Source of the DNA: Azolla caroliniana
Lineage: Eukaryota > Plantae > Polypodiophyta
Direction of reading: 5' to 3'
Length of the DNA: 64,000 nt
Assembly: GCA_043228905.1 (NCBI GenBank)
Contig: JBHGNT010000001.1
Span: forward strand, 3,720,001-3,784,000
Shown: piece by piece, positions 39,435 through 53,041 of the stretch
How the letters are laid out: every line of letters starts with the position of its first letter
Position numbering within the stretch: position 1 is the first letter of the stretch
Notes under the pieces: generated by a model
The model's input: only the letters and a program-made list of their open reading frames with translations
Told to the model about the DNA's origin: nothing
Databases searched by the model: none
Made by a program: the position numbers and the translations under genes

Positions 39435-42400
39435 ATGGAAGCATGGTAATCTGCGTCTTCTTTGTGAGGCACACAGCATGTAGAGACCGAGGGGGAGAGA
39501 GAGAGAACGACGGAAATTGCAATGTTTTGTGAACATTTTTCTGTCGAGTTGTATAATACCATGATACTCTACGAAAACAGAAATGACGGTGTTCTCAGAG
39601 TTAGAAATTGTTTTTCTTGCTGCAAGTTTAGATTCCTTATTTCTGCTCTGCAGTTATGATGATCCCACAGTCTGATTTTAAGGTTTTTACAATAGTATTT
39701 TAGTCTCTCTATGCTTTGAGCTTACGTTGTTTAAAAAATACAACTTTTAGTAAGGTAATAAACCTTGTTTAAATTTCATTCATGTGATTGATGCAGTTTT
39801 AGTAGATACCTTGATATTTGAAGGTTCTTATTCTAGATATATTGATATTGACACATCTTTATTTTAAAAGATCCCGAACATTGAAGGAATTAATGCTGTC
39901 CAATTTTAATCCTATAGTTTATCCTCTGCACGTTTCAAATCTTTCTCGAGTTCTCTTTAGAACGTTGATTTTAGCTGCGCATTTTTCTTCATAATCTAGC
40001 TTTGTTTGATATGATTTATTAGCAGATATCTCAATATTTAAAGGTTTTTGAAGATATTTTCGCTTCAATCTCAAAATTTGAAAGTTATTTTTAATTTTGT
40101 AACTAAAAATTATGATAAACTCAGATTTTTAAATAACATAAGATTTTCAAACTTTGGATATCAGGCATGTTTCCTAAACTTTAGCCTGTCTTCAGCATGA
40201 TGGCAAACACAAACATGATTCCCATGCCAAACACAGCAATCATCCGAGAGGAATTCCTGAATGAGGAATCAAATGGAATTTTTCAGCGAGAAATCAGGAA
40301 ATTCAAGCCGTGAGTATTCTGAACTCAGGGTAATGTATTTCTTCTAGAGACTATTTATATGCTTTGGCTATTTACTTTACTTTCTGTTAGGATTGATTGT
40401 GTGCATAAGATTAAATGACATATGATTAACTGTAGAAGGATTAGAGATCAGTATTCCACCTCTATTGTTGCAATAAATTGTCTTAAAATAACGTTTGTCA
40501 CCTCTATGTTTTCCTTGTGTTAAGAAACTGCTACCTTTTCTAGGGCATTTCGTCATCATAGAAAGAGACTTGCGAGGATTGTAGTTGATCACTGGTTGCA
40601 CAAGTCAAAAATGGTAAGATTACAGCTTCAATGAGATTATCTAAGGAAGTTGTAAAGCAAAAACAAATTCTACTGGAGACTAGATGATATGGAATCATAA
40701 AACTACATATTGAAATAAAGAACTTCTCTTCAGTATAGTTTCTTTTGGAAAGGAATCCATGATTTCATATCCTTGGAACTTGAAAGGAAGGGCTTTTTAT
40801 ACTCACTGTATGCTTTGAAGGCCAAAGAATTCTACATTATTGTTTTTGGAGGGGTAAAAAATCATGTGCTATATCTTTTAATATCTACATGAAAGTGCTT
40901 CAATTTCATTGAATTTGTTCATCGCCAAAGTTTATACTTGAAGCTTTACTTTCCAGTAGAAGCTATATTGACCCCTTATTTTAAAATGTTATGACAGAAA
41001 TTATTGGTGCTGAGGTTGCAAAAAATCAGTCAAAAATATAACAAGATGTATGTATAATTTCTTAATTATATTCCACTCATTATGTTTTTCTATGACCTAA
41101 TGTTGGTAATTTCAGAGGTTTGATAAGGTAATAGTTTCAAAGAGATAAATTTAAGAAATTTTTCAAAGAAATAACTTGGTGATTCTCATGGTCTTTCCAT
41201 ACTTCCAATATTTATATAAAGAAAACAACTAAAAGAGAGGACCCAAAGTAATAAAAGTATGTATTTCTCTTTAATTGGCTGGAATTTTGACATCTATCTC
41301 TAGTATAATATGAAGCAGGCAGGGACAAAATAGAACTAAGCCTTTGGTGGTGTCTTACATAATGATAGTTAGAGAGCTCATGACGACTGGTGGCGATTAG
41401 GGTTGTGGATAGTCATCCAGGTCATAGGATTGTAGATATAATTATTGATACTGATTGATTAGCCATGTTATGGCTTTGAAGGTCAGCATATACATTCCAA
41501 GTATTTTTAGTATATGATGATTATTGATTGATTGGAAGATAATCTTTTTCTGATTAAGATATTATGGATTTTGGCTGTTATTTTAGAGCAGATTATGGGT
41601 TTTAAGGAAATGAGTGTCTGGACGAGATTTAATTCTCCTTAGGAAGGAAGTATTGAATTCTGAAGATCCATTTCTCTGGGTTCTTTTTGTTACAAAAAAG
41701 AATTTCTTGATTTCTGAAGCCAATCTCTTCTGTTTGTTTTTTTTTCATGATAAGAAAGAAAAGTTTGGTTTTGGCATGTAGATTACTCTCATTTCTTTTG
41801 CCCTGTATTCCTTTTTCACACGATGGACACTCACACTATTAATGCTTGAAACCCTCCAAATTTGTTTTTATTCATTGCGTTTATGCAGTCTATGCTTCAA
41901 GGCACTAAGGAAGAGTGTGATGATAAATCGTGAAAAACTTGAGAAGAACAAGATTGCAGCTAAATTTAGGCTACGGTCAAGCATAGAGAGAGTTTTTCAT
42001 GCATGGATTACACATCACAGGATTGTACGAAGTAGACAGTCAGTAATAAATAAGCTATGTTGGATGGGTGAGTATGTCTTTCACTTAATTAGTTAAGACC
42101 CAAGTAAAAATGATCTGCAAGAATCAATTATTATATATATATTAAGAACATCCTTTTGGACTCTAAACTTGATCAATGGAACAAAAAGGATACATCAAAT
42201 TTCGAGTGCTTGCAAACTATGGCTAGTTAAATGTCAAACACTAAAAAAAATGTGGAACATAGTCTGGATTTCATCTTATTTTTTATGCCTAGATTTTTAT
42301 GTCGAAGTATTTCTATTGAAGCTTAATGAACGTTTTGCTAATGTAATAGCAGTTCTAAATAAATAAATTATACAAATACAGTAAGGCGAAGAAGGTACAC

Positions 42401-45400
42401 TGATGCAATCTGGATCTGGCGGAAACGAGTACAAGATTGTATCCGGATGCACAGAAAGCTTTTGGTAGCATATCAATTTCAAACTTTATCACTTCTCTCT
42501 ACATGCTTAGTGAATTGGCATGTCGGACTGCAACTTTGTAAGAGGAAACAGAACTTGCAAAAGCTAGCTCTTGGATTTTGGGCTCACAGAAGGCTTAGTG
42601 TTGCCTGGCATGGGTTTGTTAAATCTTTGGCTATCAGACTTGCCATCCTGAAATTGTCTGAAAAGAGAAGGCAACTATTAACAACATTATTGTTTCAGTC
42701 CTGGCATCTCTCAACAGTCTCAACAGTTACAAGTATGAGTTTGCACGTAACATTAAATATGTATTAGTCAGTATGCTATTTCTTTTTCTGATTAGTTTCT
42801 GTTAGCCTGATATATCAGGATTGCGTGAGCTACAAAGGCATGCATGCAATAAGTTGCTCAAGAGGTCTTTTATAACTTTGCAACATCATGTTCCATGGAA
42901 ACGAATCCATGACGAAAAGAAAGGGAAGGCACTCCATTTCTACCATGGTCAATTCATGCATTGTGCATACAAAGCATGGCATGATTGTATCCACTATTTT
43001 GTTTACGCAATCAGCTAAGCTGTATTTACGTAGACTTGAAGGATATGGTTTGGTGTTTTCATAAATATTGTTACAAATTCATTTAATCTATATTATTGTT
43101 CCCATTAACATTGCTTGCAGATGTCTCAATTAGGCATATCAAGACAACATTGGCTGCTGCAGCACAAACCCATCTGAGAAAAAGGCTTCTGGTATATGAT
43201 GTTGCAAATTAGTAAATCTGAAAGTGATACTGCTTTTGGATACCAATTTGTGGCTCATCCTCCATTCCTTTTGCATGCAGAGTTTTTATTATAATTTCTG
43301 GTGTAGACATATGCAATTGAAGAGAAAAGAGGTAGTTTAAAACAAACCAAACGTTTTTTCTAGAAATTATATACAAGTATAGTATGTTTATAAAAATAAT
43401 GGGTTATGTCTACTACTATGGTGCCAAATTAGTAGATGCTTCTTCTGTATCTCTTAAAGACCTTCATTTCCTATATAGTCATATATATGGGTTCTTACAT
43501 GAGGGATTGCGCGTATGGTGGATCATCATAGGTTATGATTCATGTAGCACATAACCACTCATCATATGAACACATCAGAGATGAGGCTTATCCCTAGAGC
43601 ATTAGTTAAATCGCATGGTTTAGGGTTTAAGGTATATGCTCGAAGTAAATTCTCCTGCTAAGCTATGAAAGGAAACAAATTTTATATGGAAGGGGAATTG
43701 GAGTGGTACTATATTAAGAATAACAAATATACACTCAGTATTGGAAGAGGGAAATTTGCAGTATATGAGTGGAGATGGTGGAGCAGTAGAGAAAACGATG
43801 AATTATCAACAACAAAGTAAAGTTGGTAAAAATTAAAAAGGAACTGAAATAAAGATTTTACATCCTAAACATGATTCAATAGAGAATTCATGAAGAGTGC
43901 ATTTATGTTTATTGATAAATACTTTTTCTGCATACTTCTAGATCTACACACATTTATATACCTCTAGCTCAATACTGTGCTTAAATCTGTCTTTTTATTT
44001 CATTGGCTATCATGTTTTCACTTCATCTGATAGTTTCCTCTTAATATAGGATGGTGCTATTGTGGCATATAAAAAAAGAGTTAGTTCTAGATGTATGCAG
44101 ATTTGGAGAGATCATACACAAATTCAGACACTTGCATCAAATTCATCCTTGAAGTATAATCAGGTATGATACAAAGTAGTTACTAACACTGCAGACGTAG
44201 TAGCTTATGGGCTATTACATCCAGCACCAAGGAAAAAGATAAGCTAACGTGGCCTACAGGCTATCGTATCTGGAAATATTCCTGCATATTTGACAAACTA
44301 AAATAAATAAATTACCAGGCCATCCTACAAGAATGCGGCTGAGTATCCACACAAACATTCATTTACAATGAATTGTGATTCTCATTTTTTTACTTCACCA
44401 TGAAAAAAAAACCTTAAATATTACAATGTTTGTTGCAATACCATATGTCTTCACAATCATAGCCTCTGAAATATAAAGAAGTGAACTGGTGATGTCATGA
44501 AATTTAGGATTTATGCAAACTTCCATACATAATCAAACTCCTAAAGCTACAGAAAAGATTGCTAGGACGGTTTGGCTTTGTTGCTAAAGTTAGGCAGAAA
44601 AGACCCCCCCGGATGAGGCTAGTAAACCGTATTATCAGTTATCAAGTACACTTACTCTGCAAAAAGTTATTTGGAGAAATTAAGGCAGCTCTGCAGAGAG
44701 ATTCTAAGAATACCAAGAATGAAAACAGGTCATTTCTTAATGCTCACATTGCTTAGCATGTTTGTTGCGTTTAAAGATCATTACATTTGATGACATTTTT
44801 TTTACAGGATAATTGTCTCAAATGATAACTCAAAACCAGTAAATGGCAATATTTCTTTATGGGAGGATGCTGGCAACAAAGGCAATGCGAAACATATGTT
44901 ACAGCAATACCGACTTGAGGCTGCAACTTGTTCCATGGCAGAGAATGGAGCTGTAGGGCTGCATGCTTTAAACAAGGAATCTAGGGTTACTGAAATGGTT
45001 TCTGGTAATAAAGGGAGTTCTGTTGTAGGAAATCCTATAATATTGAGTAGCAAGGTTTCTAAAACAATACGTGCTCAGCCTCGAAGGCCTGCTTATTTAA
45101 CAGAGTCGTTGAATCTAGATGCATTGGGAAAAACTCATCTTTCTGATCATTTCTTTATGGCCAATGATGCTTCTGTTTTACCTTTATATGGAGTCAAAAC
45201 CGGCGGTAAAAATGGAATTATTTCAAAGTTTTTGGGAACCAAGTCAACCTACTCTTGCAATAACTTGAAGGATTCCTTGAATATATCGGGTGAAGAAAAA
45301 TGCTTAGAGCCAGCGGTTTCCTCATGTAATACTTCCAATATTGTGTCTGAATGTTTGTCAGATCCAAAACTCATAAGAGAGGAGCTCCTATGGACAGAAG

Positions 45401-46062
45401 ATATGCTATGCAATTTCAGGAAACTTGAAGAAAAGCTGTCTGTTAAAGGAGCAGTGCTATCTGCATTAAAGAACAGACATCATTCAGGTTATTTCAGGTT
45501 CCCACTTAATCATATTTGATGGAAAGCTTATGCAAAGTTCAGAGAGAAATTGAAGGTTACTGATCCCAAACTTTCTGATGTCATATAAATCATTATATAT
45601 GTGAGTATGGAAGTGAATGATGCTGCTAATAGTGCTTCTTTTTGCCGATTCTTTCTTTTCTTTTCTTTTTTCATGATAATACCATGACTGCCTATATTTA
45701 ACTGAAGATGAGCCATTGTGACTCACTTGCTCCTCTATGATGTAATGTTTCTATGATTCAACTTCATATGCGATGTGCAGTTCCCCTGGAATATGCATGT
45801 TTCCAAATTGACATAAAATTTAGTCATTATAAACCAGTTAAATAGCAGTGATGATTTTATTCTTCATAAAAAGTGATTGCTTTATTCTTTGTGAGCAGTG
45901 ATGGACGAGAAAGTAAAAGGTGTACAGATGAGATATCTAGAACAGAAAATTCTAGGTCTACAGGACAGACATTCAGTTTTGTTGCCGACAACTCAAGAAC
46001 TCACCAGGTGTACTGCACATGAACTTCACAAGAAAGAAAAAGTAATACTGCATCTTGATTAA
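39435..46062 (+). CDS. SFI1-like protein with Sfi1 centrin-binding repeats (~747 aa)
   Basis: Phase-consistent exons 39435-39445, 40196-40309, 40544-40613, 40998-41047, 41889-42067, 42382-42732, 42819-42986, 43121-43191, 43281-43331, 44050-44163, 44508-44728, 44808-45487, 45899-46062. Repeated A-x7-LL-x3-(F/L)-x2-W units are present, e.g. AYQFQTLSLLSTCLVNW and AQTHLRKRLLSFYYNFW. Confidence 0.8.
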
Positions 46063-47430
46063 TACAGTAACTTTCCCAGTCATGTCATGTAGAAAATCCT
46101 GATTATGTACTGTATATAGTCTACAAGTCAGATAATAATGTCTCATGGAAAGGTTGATCATAGTTAAATTAAATATGTACACATATATCCTTGTAAATTT
46201 CAGCAAAACGGCAAGCAGAACCATGCTATTGTAAACTTGGTGCAGTCATTGTGCAAACACTAGAGGATACACAACACAATTATCAACGTAATTAAGCTAG
46301 TAGTTTACATCATATTTAGTGATAGTCTAAATTACCTTAATTACTTTATGGTATAAATGAGAAGCCACTATAAAGTGTAGGGAATGTTGACTCCTAATGA
46401 CAGTAACCATCAATATTTATTGATAGCTTAATTACCTTAATTGTATTGCACACTACATGAGAGGCCATTATGAATTGTGAGAAATGTTCACTCCTAATGA
46501 CAATCACAATCAATTTCCACATTCATGATTGTTACTGAGAAATGTGTAAGTGTTGGAAAGCCATCAGTTAAGATCATACAACTCAGGCACCATTATAAAT
46601 TGTGAAATGAATAAATTCAACGAATGATAATATACAAGTACACAATTTCCATGTAAACCTCTGAGATATACATATGAAGCATTCAACATCAAGAGACGTT
46701 TTACAAACTTGTGATTTGATAGAATAACGAGAAATTCCTCCAATGAAACTTTCATACCTACATTAGATACTTAAATTCAGCCCTTGATCACACCCACATT
46801 TTGTAAGCAAACATCATTAGAACTAAAGAGCCGAATCACACAATATTAGATAACTAAAGAGCCGAATCACATGATATTAGATAAGACAAATTATTCACCC
46901 TAGTAAAACTTTCCCTCAAATGCAGATATAGACTGCAAGACATTGACAATTCACTGAACCCAGATGAGATATAGACTGCAAGAGGACATACCCAATTATA
47001 TGTGAGAAGAATTTATGACAGCAATGAACAGCCTATGCAACTGAAATCCACCAAAACTACTACTTTCTTCAACAATGATTCACAAAACTGTCAAACAAGT
47101 AACCAAGAGAGTTCATTGGACCTAGATGGATAGAGCACAAAAGACCAGGTATGAAAACAAAGAATTTAAAGGAATGACGGTATGGCTAAACTCCAGTAAG
47201 TTTTTGTTATCCTCTTTCCACAAAAGAAAATCACTACGACCTCAAAAACAAGTAGCTAGGAGATTTGATTACAAAAAGAGCTCAAATAAATAAAAAGAAC
47301 AAAGAGATCATTTCCTAATAAAACAAAAGGTTGTTGCACGGATAGTCTTTGCTCAACTAAAAATGAAGGGGATTTTCCTACTAAAAAAGAACAAAAAAGA
47401 TGTGGCATCTGATTTTTTGGTTTTGTTCTC

Positions 47431-50400
47431 CTATTTTCCGCCCAAGGTTGGGAATTGATTTGGATCCTCAATGGAGGGAGCTATTCCCCCTTCCCTGGAG
47501 TAACCGTGTGCCCCCCCACTATAACCACCTCTGCTGCCTCCACGGCCTCTGCCCCCTCCACGGCCACCCCTCCTGCCTCCACTGAAGTACTCCCCTCCAT
47601 CAGCAGGTTTCAAGAATTCATTGATGCTCAAAGGCTATAAAAGAAAAGATAACCTTCAGGCCAAACCCTAACAAAAACGTACACTCCAGAAAATGAAGTA
47701 AAGATATACCTTCCGAGATTTCTCTTCCTTGCCCAATACCTCCTTTTTCTTGCCTTTATCCAGACCCTAAATATGTCAATACGAAAATTCTTAACAGCTG
47801 AATAAATACCAGAAAACTTGCAGAAGTGTTTTTGGTTTTAGGATCCAGGTTTTAAGACTATTGATCTAGGTTAAGAATATGTGTCTTTGCAGCATGCACA
47901 CTGTCCTGTAGCTTGAATCTGGGTAATGATTGAATCTTTACTTTGTGTGCTTCATTATATCAATTCCCATTTACATGCTCTTACCAGTTTTGCAAACACC
48001 TCCTCTTCGTTCTTTCTCTCAACTAGCTGCATTGCTTCAAAATCCTTATCCAGTGTGACTTTTCTTTCCTTAGATTTCAAGGCCTCTAAGGCCTTCCTTT
48101 TCTCACTTAATACCTTCTCATACTCCTCCAAAGTCATTTCCTGCATCACAATAAAGATAAAAATGAAAGTTGGAATTTAGCAAAGCCTATCAAGAAACAC
48201 TACTTGAAAATAAGAAAATAAAACTATACTTTATCCTCTTCCTCCTCTGGCTCATTCTTTTTCTCTACATCTTCAGCCTCTGGTTGCAACTCTGGCTTGT
48301 TCTCTAGCTTGTCTACACCCTCCGCTAAACCAAGTTTTTCATCTTCCACTACACCTGCCTCTGGAATGTCTCTGGAATAAGAGTAAGTAACCGTAGCGAG
48401 CATTAAATATCAATTCTAACCAGATAACTTTCACTGATGTACCTTACCAGAAATGTGCTCATATAAACAAGAAGTCACTTACTGTACACCATTTTGATCG
48501 ACCTCAGAACCCCAATTAGCACGACCACCCCCTTCTCGCTTTATTTCAGTCCTGAAAGCAAAATATAGACAAAATACAACATGAAAGAAGTAACTCCCTA
48601 AACATTGAGAGTTTCAAAGTCATCTATTTGGTAGTGGCAAATAAGTCCTTTATCTCAGTTTCAGCATTAAAGTGAATTATTTTTAAATGACTTTGTTCTA
48701 TTTAGAAACTATTGACTGCTTTTTAATAGAAATGTTTGGAGACTACAGCGAAATTTACAGTCTAAAATCCCTTCGAAAAATGGCTGGCCAACACTTTTCT
48801 AATTACACTTCTTTACAAAATGACGAGGATCTTTTTTAACCATTTTTTTAAATTTTCAAGGCTCACTATAAACTTTTAATGGGTAATTTTAGGTACTGAT
48901 TTGGAAATCTGAAGACAACCAAATAAAGCAATAGCATACCCTCGTCCAGTGCCGCTTCTTCGGTCATATTCTCGCGGGCGACGTTCTTCTTGATCTCCTG
49001 AGAAGCCATATCCACGGCCTCCTCGGCCACGTCCACGGCCACGAACTCCTCTACCACTGCCACTGCCACTGCCGCCTCCATTATACTGGTTTCCACCTTC
49101 CTCTGGTACACCAGCAGCAGCTTCTCCTCCCCTTCGGTAATTGTTAAAGCTACGGTCCACATATTCATTTCCTTGGGGTCCACCTTCTCGAATAGGACGG
49201 GGATTGAAATTACCTTCAACATTTCTCTCTCGATAGCCACCTCTGCCCCCACCTCTACCTCCACCTCGACCCCTCCCACCCTCAGATTGAGCTTCTCTCA
49301 CTGCCAAACCACAACAAGGGTATGATCACTTCATATTGAGTCCATGTTTGACTTCATTCAAATAAAACAAAATTTTTTTGTAGCATTCAATGCATGTGAA
49401 ATATGAATCAACGAACATAACAAGAGTATGACCATTTAATATTTATGTCATGCTTGACTATAGTCAAGAAGAATAATTGCCTTTCGCATTCATTTCAAAC
49501 GTAACTATGTACATGAAATACGAGTCGAGCACAATAAAAGTATTGAATTCCTTTACCTACGAACAGAAATCCCTTTTGCATTGAATTTCTGAGGAATATT
49601 ATTTGAACAAATATTAATTTCACTTATTCTTGAATTAATGTGGAATATACTCCGAACAAAACAATTTCTGTTTAACCCTTAAAGACACCACAACCAGATA
49701 ACGCAAACTGAAGGTGATCCACAAGACAACATGTACAAGTTCAGTGAGGTGCAAACCACAAAAATCTTCTTTCTTGTAATTTTAGCCTCATACAAGCATT
49801 GAGCGACAACGCCTAGCAAACTTTGTACTTGCTCAAAGTCTACTCCACTACATAGCAACCAGACACCCCCCCCCAAAAGGGTATGAACTAGAAAGAGAAA
49901 TAATCATAGGGAATGTTTAAAATTAGATACAGTTTGCTGAAGACAAAAAAAAGAAAAGGAACATGGAGGCGAAAAGTATCATCAAATTAGAAACTAGAAA
50001 TTAAGCTTGCACAACCTTAGCTCTACAAGGTAAACAAAAATGCAGCATATCCAAGCATGAAATCTACATCTTAACATTATAATCGGTCAAAACAATGGAT
50101 AATAACAAGAGGATTAAAGCCTTAAACCTTGAATCTAGTCATAAGCCATGTGTCCCTGTGTCCTAAGCAGATCAGAGAGAAACTATAAATGGAGAGAAAA
50201 AAAGGAGACAGAATAAAGAGCACAAAACGACCTCTAAATTAAGAGAGAAAAGTAGACTCCAAATGAACGAGAAAAAAAAATGAACTGTGAGTAAAGAGGA
50301 AAAACTAAAACGCGCTCCAATAAAGAGATAAAACTACATCCGAATTAAGAAAACTTTATCTGAATAAGAGATAAACGAGAAAAAGTCTAAATGAAGACAG

Positions 50401-50691
50401 AGAAAGAGAAAGAGGAATAATAAAGCCAAAAACGAAGAGTCTGAATGAAGAGAAGAACGAAAGAATAAGGTACCTGTAAAATTAAGCTTTTTTATCATTA
50501 CCTGCTTGAGAAGGAGGAGGTGGCTTGGTAGGAAGCTTCGCCGAAACAGGCGGGGGAGGAGGCGGTTGTTGCTTCTTCTTGAGGTCTTTCGCAGCAGCAA
50601 GAGGTGCAGAAGCTTCAACGCGAGCTATGAAAGCAGCAGGATCTTCGTTCTCGTCGTCTCCAAGCAAGGCAAAGAAGTTCTGAGTTGCCAT
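47431..50691 (-). CDS. RGGA: RGG-repeat RNA-binding protein (RGGA / SERBP1-HABP4 / Stm1 family)
   Basis: N-terminus MATQNFFALLGDDENEDP (Stm1_N). Also RGG boxes, REYDRRSGTGRG...EIKREGGGRANWG, EMTLEEYEKVLSEKRKAL, LSINEFLKPA and a C-terminal APSIEDPNQFPTLGGK*. Multiple GT-AG introns. Confidence 0.95.
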
Positions 50692-50784
50692 GGCCGGACA
50701 CAAACAGACAACAATATGTTTGAGTCGAAAACCAGCAAAAACGGAGCGGAGCGAAGAGTCTTTAGAACCAGATTAGGTTCAGAG

Positions 50785-50793
50785 TTAGGGTTT
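50785..50793 (-). promoter_or_regulatory. Telo-box in RGGA 5' UTR region
   Basis: TTAGGGTTT lies ~95 bp upstream of the ATG. Confidence 0.6.
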
Positions 50794-50873
50794 CCATGAC
50801 TAAACAGGAGTTGAGAAGGGAACGTGCTTCTCTGTCTCGTCGAGCAGCTATGGCGATGGCTGTTCTGTGCTGT

Positions 50874-50906
<33 letters not shown>

Positions 50907-52498
50907 AGAGAGGAAATGAAAGAAGTAAACCCTTGCGCGTGTACCCCTTCCTACAAATGAATGGATAAGTGTTGTAAGAGCTTAATTGTTCATCCTCAAT
51001 TCTGATTTTTTTTAGTGTAAAATATTGCCCGGAGTTATAGAACAACCCTGGGTAGCAAGCAAATATGAGAAGGTTGGCCCAGTAGGTTGAAGAGGCACCT
51101 CCTGATGTCTCCGAAACCAAAGCCCCATTTTTCCCATCTTGCGGAGGCCTCCTAATATCGGCTTGGAAATGTCTCATTGGTAGTGGCACAAGCACGACAA
51201 GTATTGTTAATGTAGTGGCATCCCATTTGTCATTGGACACAAGATTTATATTATAACTTCCACTCGATGCCATGTTGGGTTTACAGGGGCACCTTGTCGA
51301 TGTTGACAACAAGTTGTATCATTAGTCCATAGTCCCCACACACAAAGTACAATACCCGAGGCCTCTACAAATGTCATTGTTGGTTCTCTATCAATATTGA
51401 CATCAAAACATCTGATCGGTGTAAAAAACGAGTCATCATGGCTAAGGCCTCTCAGGGCACCATGTTGAACGAATGGGAATATTTGGAGGCAGATAACTTA
51501 AATGTCTATTGGATTGGATCTTGAAGTTGTGTGTAGCCTAATCACAACTTTACACTTAAAGAAATATTTTCTCTTCTGAAAATTTCCTTTTGTGTTTATA
51601 CTTTACTATTGAAAATCCAAAGAGGGGTCTCGCACCAATAAAAATAGCACGTCATATTACTTGTATAACACCCTAGAGTCTCTAACCTAGAAAGAATAAC
51701 ACATATAATGTATATTTATGGTGTCTCTTCCCTTGGGGACACCAATAATAGTATACAATTGGGAATATAGGTTGTAGCCAAGTTATGTGGCCCATCAAGA
51801 GTAGAAGATTCATACCATAATGTATTTTGGGCCTCTAACCTAATGGAAATAACCCATTGTTAATTATTCTATAGGGGTTCTTACTAGGCATTATCATGGG
51901 ACCTTCCTCATGTCAATGATAACCAAGGCTAACATGTACCACATAGATGATTGGGTTTCCAAATATACCGAATCACGAAGACTATACAACAACGGGTGTC
52001 AATTCATAACGCACCTCAAGGGTAATAGTGAGTGATCAACATCATCAAGCAAATTTGAAGGACACACAAATGAACAAGGATGATATGTTTTACTCAGAAG
52101 GTGTGAAAACACATGGCTAGATAGACATAATAAACTTCACACAAGGGAATGTGGTTCGTCGGCAAATATATAAAGCTTTATATGGATCGTTAAACAATTG
52201 ACAACCCAATCAATCAACATATAGAAAGGAATCAAACCGATCATTTGCATGACATAGAGTCCCTATGATCAAAGTTTACCAACCACGATGTCACATCCTA
52301 AGTTAGGACCACACGCAAAACGGTAGGAAAGCACAAATGTAGTCATGTTGCATTTGGCAAACAATATGAACCACCTCGAAACCAACCACACTTATTGGTT
52401 GCAAAGGAGAGTTAAAGGAACAAAGTTAGGCTAGGAGAAGCTATCAATGAGATGGTGACTTAGATACTTATACTCAATGGCAAAAGCCATCAACTGAA

Positions 52499-52501
<3 letters not shown>

Positions 52502-52544
<43 letters not shown>

Positions 52545-53004
52545 AAATCAATGTTTGTTATTAAAACAAGTTGATAATACAACCCTTGTTATCTTCACTA
52601 CATCATGAATAGTGATAATGCATGGAAAACCCTCTCAAGTGTTGCAAAACTAGATGACATACCTATATCTCCTCTTGGGACAACGTCCCCAAACAACATA
52701 GTTGCGAAAATTGGCACATCAACTTCCTTTTCATCTTACGGAGTTGTGTTACCCCATGAAGTCCATCAATACCAAACCCATTTCTCATGGTCCAATTAAA
52801 CCACATCCCCCAATACCTAAGGTGCTCAAACACGACCTTATATGATGATGTAGGCATGCCTTTATTGTCATCAATAAAAACCCAGTTAAAAGGTGACAAA
52901 ATATTGCCTGTTATCGATGCCCAAATTGTGATATAACAACCCCAAATGGCTTTAGCAACCGGACATGTAATGAACCTATGTTTGGCATCTTCCTCAACCA
53001 CCAT
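52502..53004 (-). mobile_element. 5'-truncated LINE 3' fragment (zf-RVT C-terminal half) ending at a (GA)n tract
   Basis: The minus ORF reads EEDAKHRFITCPVAKAIW...YWGMWFNWTMRN. At the 3' end, AATAAC is followed by about (GA)19, seen as (CT)n at 52502-52540 on +. Confidence 0.75.
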
Positions 53005-53041
53005 GCAAAAAAAATATGTCCCATTTAAAATATGTATACCT

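Noticed and set aside
50848-52450. 154-aa minus ORF and retroelement-like composition upstream of RGGA
   Set aside because: No diagnostic gag/pol motif could be read with confidence.
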